Source: Octopus vulgaris
Taxonomy: Eukaryota
Length of the DNA stretch: 64,000 nt
Reading direction: 5' to 3'
Assembly: GCA_951406725.2 (NCBI GenBank)
Contig: OX597816.1
Location: 113,646,001-113,710,000 of the forward strand
The position numbers were made by a program, and so were the translations under genes. This document shows, in pieces, positions 53,645 through 64,000 of the stretch. Each line of letters opens with the position of its first letter. The first letter of the stretch is position 1. The notes beneath the pieces were generated by a model. It saw only the letters and a list, made by a program, of their open reading frames with translations. It had not been told where the DNA came from and did no database searches.

Positions 53645-53837
53645 CAATAGGCATAAGGTCTGCAATTTTGAAGGATTACGTTGACCACAGTGCTTAACTG
53701 GTAGTTATTTCATTGACCCTGGAAGGATGAAAGGCAAGGTCTACCTTAGCGGAATTTGAACTCAGAACATAAAGACAAACGAAATGGTACCTACCATTTT
53801 GCCTGGTGTGCTTATAATTTTGCCAGCTTGCTACCTA
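53645..53837 (-). mobile_element. SINE family B
   Basis: gaccctggaaggatgaaaggcaagg...ggaatttgaactcagaac...tgccagcttgctacct. Confidence 0.75.
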
Positions 53838-54127
53838 AATGAATTAATAAGTTATATTTAATAATGATTAATGAGTAAGTAGTTAAATACTTTTAACATG
53901 GGAAAGGTTGCCAGTGACTTTCAAGTTTTGGATTACAGGCTGTTATTGTTAAATTGTTTATATGTATTGTATTATATGTATAACTTCACATTAAGCAAAT
54001 ATTATATATATATATGTGTGTGTGATTTATATATATACACACACACATGCAAAGAAACACATATACATACATATATATATATATACATACATATATATAT
54101 TATATATATATGTGCGTTTACATATAA

Positions 54128-54175
<48 letters not shown>

Positions 54176-54671
54176 AGAGTTTACATATGTATATATGTGT
54201 GTGTGTATATATATATATATATATGTATATTTCTAGTTTCAGCTCAGAGCTGTGGCCATATATATATATATACTTACATAGATACATACATACATGCATA
54301 CATACATACATGTATATATATGTTTTGTTGTTGACATTTTTGTTTTGAAATGTAATATTACCAATTTCAATTTGTAAATCTTTAACATTGCTATGGGCTT
54401 ACATTTTTAAATCTAATATTGTAATGAATAACAATTCATAGACTGAATATACAAATGTAATAATATTACATATTTTTTTTTATTGGGGAGATCAGTTCCT
54501 ATCTAGACACCACATCATGGTGAGATGTGTTAGTCATGAGGGGGAATATATTTCGTTCAGTACAATGTAAGCTATTAAAGAAGTTATGTACTTAATAATT
54601 GTCAAGCCTATATTTTTGTGGAAGTTTGACACCTTTACCGAATTTAAATATTATGCATTATCTGCACACTT

Positions 54672-54703
<32 letters not shown>

Positions 54704-54916
54704 ATACACCTGTGCACACACATATGCCTTCATATATAAAACGATATTGTTTACATATATTGATATCAATTAGAATGTGTGCTGGTATACATACAAGAAT
54801 GCATACATAAGTGTACACATAAATACATATAGATATATGCACATGTAAATATATATATTTACAGATATTTAATGTGTGTGTGTGTGTTGAAATATATATA
54901 CATATATATATATATT

Positions 54917-54994
<78 letters not shown>

Positions 54995-55033
54995 ATATAC
55001 ATATGCCATATACATATATATACATATGTATAT

Positions 55034-55705
55034 ATGATGGCTGCCCCCTTGTTATTGAGTATGGCCATTGCACAAAGCTTAACTGTTATTGGTGCTGTGA
55101 TCGAATGTGACTTTTATTTGCTTTTTAAAGCTACAGCCAACCATTCAGTTGAGACTCACAGCACCATCAACAATCATGAACAATGTTGTTATTGTGCAAT
55201 GTCTGTGCAGGAAGATTTTTTTAAAGTGAGGAAAGGCTGTGCACTGAGTCAATCCCACTCACTAAGCAACAGCAGCCATAATCCGAAAAGAAGAACAAGT
55301 CAACATCATCGGTAACCATTGAGCCGCAGGTTTTATGTCGGAGTTATCCCAGTTACCTGAGTTACCTTCTCCTAGAAGGATGCCCTAACAAAGGCTAGGA
55401 GTCCTTCACTTCCAATGGTTTAACCGCGCGATCGGGTATTCAGTCCGATTATTTCTATGTCCCCACGCATGATACAGCCTTAAGACTTGAGAAAAAAAAA
55501 ATTTCACATTTATTGGATGGCCGTTGACTCTCAAGAGTTCCTCCGCCCTTTGACGGGTTTTGCTTTTCATCCTGCAAGGTGTCCAATAAACACCCTCCTC
55601 ACCAAGCAAGCTTGGTGGGGTTGCCGGTTTAGTCGCCGATGGCCCGACCATGCAACAGGTTGTACTGGGTTACTTGTTACCAGTAGCACTCGAAAGTGAC
55701 CTGAC
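55034..55705 (-). mobile_element. Bipartite non-autonomous RTE derivative (5'-UTR-like structured region fused to an RTE 3' end)
   Basis: 55034-55114 matches the RTE 3' end at 5530-5610. 55115-55705 is relatively GC-rich, has no credible ORF, is hairpin-rich and contains ctcctag...ctaggagaaggtaactc, which I recall from RTE 5' UTRs. Flanked by microsatellite. Confidence 0.65.
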
Positions 55706-56050
55706 ATAATATGTATACATACATACATACATGCATACATACATACATACATACATACAGATAGATAAATAGATTCATACATGTATATGTATGTATATGG
55801 TATATATATATATGGTATATGGTATATATATATACATATGTATATATACCATATACCATATATATATATATATATATATCATCATCATCATCATCATCAT
55901 TTAACGTCCGCTTTCCATGCTAGCATGGGTTGGACGGTTCAACTGGGGTCTGGGGAGCCCGAAGGCTGCACCAGGCCAGTCAGATCTGGCAGTGTTTCTA
56001 CAGCTGGATGCCCTTCCTAACGCCAACCACTCCGAGAGTGTAGTGGGTGA

Positions 56051-56330
56051 TTTTATGTGCCACCGACACAGGTGCCAGACGAGGCTGGCGAACGGCCACG
56101 CTCGGATGGTGTTTTTATGTGCCACCGACACAGGTGCCAGACAAGGCTAGCAGACGACCACGCTCGGATGGTGTTTTTTTATGTGCCACCGACACAGGAG
56201 CCAGATTAGGCTGGCGATCGGCCACGATTAGATGGTGATTGTTACGTGCCCACAGCATGGAGGCCAGTCGGTGCGGTACTGGCTATGGCCACGTTCGGAT
56301 GGTTTTCTTGTGTGCCACCGGCACTGGTAC
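56051..56330. repeat. Minisatellite of about 62 bp (3 good and 1-2 decayed units) in the RTE 3' UTR
   Basis: ttttatgtgccaccgacacaggtgccagacgaggctggcgaacggccacgctcggatggtg repeated. Confidence 0.85.
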
Positions 56331-56480
56331 CACAAGGATACAAATTCCATTGATGTTCATCTATTTTGATTTTGTTTGATTTTCACTTGCCTCAACATGT
56401 CTTCACAAGTATCACAAGAAGGAAGGTATGCACAAGTGGACTGACTACGTCCCAGGTAGGGGCCATGGGTTATGGCCTGA

Positions 56481-58049
56481 CTAGTCTTGCCGGGTCTTCT
56501 CACGCACAGCATACTTCCATAGGTCTCGGTCTCTAGTCATTTCCTTGGTGAGACCTAAACTTCGTAGGTCGTGCTTCACCACTTCGTCCCAGGTTTTCCT
56601 GGGTCTACCTCTTCCACAGGTTCCCTCAACTGCTAGGGTGTAGCACTTTTACACACAACTATCTTCAGCCATTCTCGTCATATGACCATACCAGTGCAGC
56701 CGTCTCTCTTGCACACCACAATTGACGCTTCTTAGGTTCAACTTTTCTCTCAAGGTACTTACACTCTGACGATTATGAACACTGACATTACACATCCATC
56801 GGAGCATACTGGCTTCATTTCTAGCGAGCTTACGCATATCCTCAGCAGTCACGGCCCATGTTTCACTACCATGTAGCATGGCTGTACGTACACATGCATC
56901 ATACAGTCTGCCTTTTACTCTGAGCGAGAGGCCTTTTGTCACCAGCAGGGGTAAGAGCTCTCTAAACTTTGCCCAGGCTATTCTTACTCTAGCAGTTACA
57001 CTTTCAGCACACCCACCCCCGCTACTAACTTGGTCTCCTAGGTAGCGGAAGCTATCAACTACTTCTAGTTTGTCTCCCTGGAACGTGGTAGAAGTTGGTC
57101 TCTGCACATTTCCAGTGTTTATTTCTCCTGAGCATCTGCCACATACGAAAACTATCTTCCTAGTTAGCCTACCTTTGACATTGCTGCACCTCTTATGTGT
57201 CCATAGCTTACACTTGGTGCACCTTATAGAGTTTCTACCTACACCTTTTTTACAGATCGAGCAGGGCCATCTACCTGAAGTCGTTTGTGGTTGGTCCACC
57301 TTCCTACTTATTAGGACTTTGGTTTTGGCTAGGTTGACTCTAAGGCCCTTCGATTCTAATCCTTGTTTCCACACCTGAAACTTCTCCTCCAGTTCTGATA
57401 GTGACTCAGCAATTAGAGCAAGGTCATCAGCATAGAGGAGCTCCCAGGGGCATCCTGTCTTAAATTCTTCCGTTATTGCCTGGAGGACTATGATAAATAG
57501 GAGGGGGCTGAGGACTGAACCTTGGTGGACCCCAACCTCTACCCGGAATTCTTCACTGTACTCGTTGCCAACCCTCACCTTACTAGCTGCGTCTCTGTAC
57601 ATGGCTCGCACAGCTCTCACTAACCATTCATCTATCCCTAGTTTCCTCATTGACCACCAGATAAGGGATCGGGGGACCCTGTCAAAGGCTTTCTCCAAGT
57701 CAACAAAAGCCAGGTACAAGGGCTTACCTTTGGCTAGGTATTTCTCCTGCAGCTGTCTTACCAGGAATATAGCATCAGTAGTACTTTTCCCTGGCACGAA
57801 CCCAAACTGCATATCATCTAAGCTAACTCTCTCTCTAATTAACTGGGCTATAACCCTCTCCGTAACCTTCATTACCTGATCCAACAGCTTGATGCCCCTG
57901 TAGTTATTTGTATCTAGGGCATCGCCTTTACCTTTGTAGCAGTTGACTACTATGCTGCTACACCAGTCATTGGGTATGACTCCTTCGTGTATCACCTGGT
58001 TAACTATACGGGTGACTATGCTATAGCCGACACTACCAGATATTTTGAG

Positions 58050-58052
<3 letters not shown>
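56481..58052 (-). pseudogene. RTE ORF2 reverse transcriptase (endonuclease missing) with inserted PHD-like finger; one premature stop at 56649-56651
   Basis: KGKGD..NYRGIKLL, QFGF..GKSTTDAIF, FVDLEKAFDRV, GVHQGSVLSPLLF, LLYADD, GLRVNLAKTK, FRYLG, YGH. Reading through the TAA gives KCYTLAVEGTCGRGRPRKTWDEVVKHDL...DRDLW...* ending at 56481. Confidence 0.95.
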
Positions 58053-58102
<50 letters not shown>

Positions 58103-58151
58103 ATATACATACATATATATGTATGAATCTATCTATCTGTCTGTCTGGCTT

Positions 58152-58230
<79 letters not shown>

Positions 58231-58285
58231 CTCTCTATGTATGTATGTATGTATGTATGTATGTATGTATGTATGTATGTATGTA

Positions 58286-58332
<47 letters not shown>

Positions 58333-58399
58333 ATGTATGCATGTATACATGTATGTATAGGTATGTTCAATTTGTTCTGGTTTTAATTTTTTAAATTCT

Positions 58400-59270
58400 T
58401 CTCTTGAAGAAGGAGTTAGTTTCTAACAAAGATACAAAGCTCCATTGTTTGAGTGTAGATAATAAAGTAGTGTCACATTTTAAACTTGAGAGAATCTTGC
58501 ATATTTTTACCATTCCACTTACAGATTGTATTTGTTATGTGTGGTTACTTGATTGCTTTCTTTCCTGAGAACCCAAGTTTATCTAAATTGTCACTTAAGC
58601 ATTTACTCACAAAACCAAGCGCTCCAATTATTATTGATATAACTGTGAATTTATTATCTGGATATAAAAGCTGGAGGTTTCAAATCAGTTGTCCATAGTT
58701 AAGCTCTTTTTCTTTGATTTTCAAAGAGATATCCACATCAGCAGGACAGCTGGCCTCTATGATGCCACATATTTTTCTTGTCTATCATCATCATCATCAT
58801 CATTTAACGTCTGTTTTCCATTCTGGCATGGGTTGGATTATTTGACTGAGATCTGAAAAGCCAACAACTGCACCAGGCTCCAATCTGACCTGGCAATATT
58901 TCTACAGCTGGATGCCTTTCCTAACACCAACCACTCTGAGAGTGTAGTGGGCACTTTTTACGTGTCACTAGCACAGGAGCCAATCAGGTGGGCCTGGCAT
59001 CAATCACATTTGGATAGTGCTTTTTACATGCCACCAAAGAATGTCCAGTCTGTTATGTTTGACAGATATTTTGATGGGAATGCTCCATTAGTATTCCTTG
59101 TGTTGATGTTTGTATATGTATTCAATAACAGAATTCTCTATATCTATTCCAAGAAAGTCTATTTTCTGAATGGCATTGTGCATTGTTTTTCCCACAATGT
59201 TGTGTCACTTAGGGAGATAGTACCTTGATGACATTTTTGGGCAGCCACTAATCACATGTGTGATGTCTTT
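58400..59270 (-). mobile_element. R4/Dong-clade LINE 3' fragment (second family), interrupted by an RTE 3' UTR copy at about 58785-59030
   Basis: Minus: DITHVISGCPKMSSRYYLP..HNIVGK...KEY*WSIPIK..KHNRLDIL, then ICGIIEASCPADVDISLKIKEKELNYGQL...IIIGALGFV (zinc knuckle end plus restriction-like endonuclease). Confidence 0.8.
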
Positions 59271-59575
59271 CACAAGAACTTGAGGCTTTATGCATATAAA
59301 GTGCAACTTTTTCAAGCACTTCAGCCAGATGACAAACCTCAAAGGTAACAATTTGCAGTGGACATGTTAACTTGAATAGATGAAGATGAAGGTGTCCTTC
59401 AAAAAGTTTGTTTCAGTGATATAGCAAAATTTCATGTATCAAGAATGTTAAATATGCACAATATCAGGATTTGGGGTTTCGAAAACCCACACAAAGCAAG
59501 AGGACTGGAGAGAAACCGTCAAAAAGTTAATGACTGGTGTATCCTCATGTTTGATTGATTGATTCTATTCTTCAC
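59270..59575 (+). pseudogene. Tc1/mariner-superfamily (rosa/maT-like) transposase fragment
   Basis: HKNLRLYAYKVQLFQALQPDDKPQR*QFAVDML..IDEDEGVLQKVCFSDIAKFHVS..LNMHNIRIWGFENPH...KVNDWC, resembling FSDEA.FH..G.VN.HN.RIWG.ENP. Confidence 0.75.
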
Positions 59576-60126
59576 AAAAGAATAAAAATAAATAACACTA
59601 CTTGAATGATGGTGGTGCAATTCCCTGCAACCAGTCTGTATCAACTGTTCCTCTTTCTTGAAACAGCTGTAAGGGACTACCTGAACATCTTCCTCCTTCT
59701 TTTCATCTAGCTCTGAATTTTGTTAACCTATGATGACCTGCCTTAAATATATCTATTATATTCAAGGTAATTATTCTACTGTTAACCTACTATCTAAGAT
59801 CAATAATATGAACTTACCTAAGTTTACTAGCATATATCACAACCATTATGAACATTCCTCAACTGATCATTTATTGATCTCTTGTGATCTAAAATCCTGA
59901 AACATTCTTTTCTACATTCAAGTTGTATTAATGTATAAGCATATCAGCATCCTATTTTGACTACATACTAGTTGTTTACCCATCTTTCTCTTTATTCTAT
60001 TATACATGTACCAACTCGATTTAAATGCTGCCAATCTTCGTTTAGGCATCTACAACATTCTTGCATTTTTAGTTGCAGCCCAAGTTGTAGTTTAGTCAAA
60101 AAGTCATCCTAAATCAAATGTATTTA

Positions 60127-60692
60127 TTGGGTTGTCCGGAAAGTTCATGCTGATTTTTAAAGGGAAGGAAAAGGTCAATAAATACTTGCCATTACATCTT
60201 TAATCAACCAGATATAAACCATTTTGTCGCACAATGTGTCTCCATCTTCCCTTTAACTTGAAAATACCCTCTTCCCAGAATTGAGGTGGTTTCATGGCAA
60301 AGAATTTATCAAAGTATCTTTTTACGTCATCCAAGGAATTAAAATTTTTACCATTAAGACTATTCTGCAGAGACCTGAATAAGTGGAAATCCAAAGGAGC
60401 AATATCTGGTGAATATGGAGGGTTGGGTAACACATCCCAGCTGAGCTGCGGCAATTTTTGTCTGGTTCCCAAAGCATCAAGTGCCGAAAATGAACTTTCT
60501 TATCTTTCATTTTAAAGAGTTACAGAATTAACACAGGTTATAGGAATATAAACCTTCTTCCATGAAAAGATAGCTTAAACTGTGCTCTAAATGGAGGTGT
60601 AATAAAATCCTATTTTATGGACTCAACCATGTTCTAAAATAAGTCAAAAGGAAAGCTACTATAAATTGGCATGAACTTTCCGGACAACCTCA
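60127..60692 (-). mobile_element. Internally deleted mariner transposon, 566 bp
   Basis: TA TSD; TIRs of about 30 bp, ttgggttgtccggaaagttcatgctgattt and aaattggcatgaactttccggacaacctca. N-terminus MKDKKVHFRHLMLW is fused out of frame to the C-terminus WDVLPNPPYSPDIAPLDFHLFRSLQNSL...GIFKL..RW. Confidence 0.92.
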
Positions 60693-60818
60693 TACTTATT
60701 ATCTTACATCATCATATGTATTATTACCTAAAATTTGTGTATATGAATGTTTGTGTCTGTGTGTGCATGTGTGTGTATGAGGGACTATCTATGACTACAT
60801 GTGTGTATCTGTGCATAT

Positions 60819-61406
60819 AGGCACAGGTGTGGCTGTGTGGTTACCCTCTCCTACTTATAGAAAATAGCATACAACGAGTAAAAGAGATACCTATAGAACA
60901 ACTTATAGCAGCATGAAAAATACAAACCGATCAAAGGAACACAATACCATTTCTAGAACATTTCTAGTTGCTTTCCAACCTCAATGTTCCAGGTTCAGTC
61001 TCACTGTGTGACACTTTGGGCAAGTGTCTTCTATTATAACCTTGGGCTGACCAAACCCTTATGATGAATCTGTTAGATGGAAACTGAAAGAAGCATGTTG
61101 TATATATGCCTATATACATACATACATACATACATACATACATACATACATACATACATACATACATACATACATACATACATACATACACACATGCATA
61201 TATATGTGTGAGTGTTTTGTGTCTGTGTTTGCCCTTCACCACCTCTCGACCACTGGTGTTGATGTGTTTATGTCCCTGTGACTCAGCAGTTAGGCAAAAG
61301 AGACCAATAAATACTAGGCTTTAAAAAAAATCTCCTGAGGTTAGTTCATTCAAATAATAGATTCTGTCAGGTGGTGCCCCAGCTTGGCCACAGTCTGATG
61401 ACTGAA
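60819..61406 (+). mobile_element. SINE family A with an insertion of about 125 bp in its head
   Basis: ggcacaggtgtggctgtgtggt, then the insert at about 60842-60965, then ttgctttccaacc through the tail. Confidence 0.85.
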
Positions 61407-61845
61407 GCAAGTAAAAAATAAAAGAGATATGTTTACATTTATAAATGTGAAAAAAATTTTAAATAATACCTTAGCTTTGTAAAGGTGTCAAACCTAGCTG
61501 GAAACATAGGTTTGTCAAATGTTAAATACATAACATATGTAATAGCTTACATTTGTGTTTAGAGCAAAATAAACTCCCTCTCATAACTAACATATCTTAC
61601 TATCATTTGGTGTGTATCTTGGAAGTGATCTAAAGCAAAAACAAAAAATAAATGTTAAAAAAATAATGTTATATTACATTTTCTTATTTGGTCTATGAAT
61701 CGTTATTTTTTTTTTACAATATTAGATTTAAAAATGTAAGCCCATAGCAATATTTCAGATTCATAAATTGAAATTGGTAATATTACATTTCAAAACAAAA
61801 TATCAATGGCAAAACGTACACACACATGCACACACTCACACACAT

Positions 61846-61881
<36 letters not shown>

Positions 61882-61962
61882 CACACACAAAATATACAAA
61901 TGCACACAAACACACATACAAATATACAAATGCATGCACATACACACACGCACACACACACA

Positions 61963-62005
<43 letters not shown>

Positions 62006-62199
62006 ATGCATATACATATGTGTGTGTGTAATGAAAGTATTTGTGTCACTTAAAAGTGTTAGACTTACTGAATCCTTTATTTGGTTAATGTTTTATGCAT
62101 ATAAAACACATACTTTTTCAAGTAAGCCTCACCCATCCCAGCCACACACATTACACATACACGCATACACAAACACATGCACACACATATATATATACA

Positions 62200-62237
<38 letters not shown>

Positions 62238-62654
62238 GTTAAAATTTACAGAAAGCAAAGGATGAAGACAGGTGAAGGAACAACAACAGGAAGAATGGAA
62301 AAGCCTTTGATGTTTTGAGCTTATGCTCTTCAACAGAGAAGATTGAGAGGAAAAACAGAGAAAATAAAATGGAGAGAGAACGAAAAAAATCTGAGAGAGA
62401 AAAAAACGTGTAAGGATTAATGGTCCAACATGATGAAATGTATGTATGTATGTATGTATGGACAGTTTTAACCCTTGAGAGCATGAAAAAGAGATGTTAA
62501 ATGATGATGATGATGATAAATAGTCATTGGAATACATTTATATTCATGAATAATATAATGAAATATTTATTGTTATCAAAATTAGCAGGTCACAAGCATA
62601 TTAAAATATGACATTTCAAATTACTCCTCTTGTTCGAAACAAAGCCTAAAATAT

Positions 62655-62867
62655 TGATTTCAAATTTTGGCACAAGGCCAGCAATTTCAGGGGAGGGGTA
62701 AGTCAATTACATCGACCCCAGTGCTCAACTGGCACTTGTTTTATTGACCCTGAAATGATGAAATGCAAAGTCAACCTCAGCAAAATTTGAACTCAGAATG
62801 TGAAGACATACAGAATGTTGTTATGCATTTTGCCCAGCATGCTAATGCTTCTGCCAGCTCACTGCCC
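62655..62867 (-). mobile_element. SINE family B, full length
   Basis: ttcaaattttggcacaaggccagcaatttcagggg...gaccccagtgctcaactgg...ctgccagctcactgcc. Confidence 0.85.
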
Positions 62868-63036
62868 TAACAAAGCTGAAGATATTACCTATAAAATTTT
62901 TATGTAAATCACAAAATTGTAATAATCACCATATATACATACACACTTTACTCCACACAAGGACACATATGGAGACACGGGTCCACACATATAGAAATGC
63001 ACATCCATACATACAAACATGGTACATAGTTGCAAA

Positions 63037-63069
<33 letters not shown>

Positions 63070-63733
63070 AGGAGACAGAGGTGCATACATATACAGACAC
63101 ATGCTCACACACACATACATAGAAAATACACAAACATGGACATGCAAACACATGAATATGCAGAATACATACACAAAGATGCACACACATACATACATAC
63201 ATACATACATATGCATACACACACATATATATACATACATACACATGCATACATACATACATGCATACGTACATACACACATTCATGCATAGGCACACAT
63301 ACACACACTGACCCACATACATGCACCCAAACAAACAAAAAGGAATGCAGTGTAAATAATGGATAGAGTCAAGACTATTGAAAAGGTTGCAAGATGCAAC
63401 GAAAATTTTAGGAAAATAAAAATAAGAAATAAGTGGAAATTTTACCGGTGACTGTGTTAAATTATAAGGCACAAAAAGAAAATGACTCTCCCCAGACACA
63501 ACAGAAAATGCTTCAACACACGAACTCATATAAAGAATCTTGCAAACCAAATCCAAAAACGATATATATATATGAGCCTTATACTAATACATCTGTTTGT
63601 TTTGTACACCACCTGTCTTTGTCTTTTGTTTTTTCGTAAACTCTCTCCCTATGAATATGTATATATTTATTTATATACATGTATATATATACATATGTAC
63701 ATATATATTTATATACATACAGACACACACGCG

Positions 63734-63768
<35 letters not shown>

Positions 63769-64000
63769 GTATGTATATATAAAGAGACAGATAGACACTG
63801 AGAATAAAATTTAAATGGTTTAATTAGGTAAACTGAAGTGATCCAAAAGTGCTTCCCTTATGAAATAGTAAATCTGATTCAACTAAGCTGTAATTAATAA
63901 CTATCTGAAATGACATTATTAATCATGTGTGTGAGTGTGTGTGTCTGTGTGTGTGTGTGTGCATATGTGCTTGTGCATATGTGCATGTGTTTGTGTGTAT

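Larger units (their letters stand above)
55880..58052 (-). mobile_element. Young RTE-clade LINE, 5'-truncated, with (ATG)n tail
   Basis: RT ORF, a 3' UTR of about 600 bp and (CAT)n at 55880-55900; (TA)n on both sides. Confidence 0.95.

Noticed and set aside
57070-57879. Plus-strand ORFs of 102 and 129 aa
   Set aside because: Antisense to the RTE reverse transcriptase.

Overview
AT-rich, microsatellite-dense eukaryotic DNA. I found no host protein-coding gene, rRNA, real tRNA or CRISPR array. The repeat landscape (abundant (TA)n/(CA)n/(TACA)n, tRNA-derived SINEs with a central microsatellite, RTE, R4/Dong and CR1 LINEs, Penelope-like remnants, short Helitrons, Tc1/mariner MITEs) suggests a cephalopod, probably Octopus, intron or intergenic region; this is inferred, not verified. 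Nearly all ORFs in the track are microsatellite artefacts. The real coding remnants are a young 5'-truncated RTE LINE whose reverse transcriptase carries an inserted C4HC3 PHD-like finger (55.9-58.05 kb), a decayed copy of it (52.4-53.2 kb), R4/Dong LINE pieces, CR1 and RTE-BovB fragments, a Penelope GIY-YIG C-terminus and two Tc1/mariner transposase remnants. The most interesting signal is at RNA level: several short, mostly (TA)n-associated, often foldback repeats from different families carry minimal type I hammerhead ribozyme motifs with palindromic stem III loops. One looks intact (30261-30349) and one has a compensatory C3G/G8C core (14629-14679, minus). Also notable are a bipartite ORF-less RTE derivative with a highly structured 5' end and a CR1 3' tail that shares a covarying stem-loop with the dominant SINE. 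All calls are by eye and repeat boundaries are approximate.
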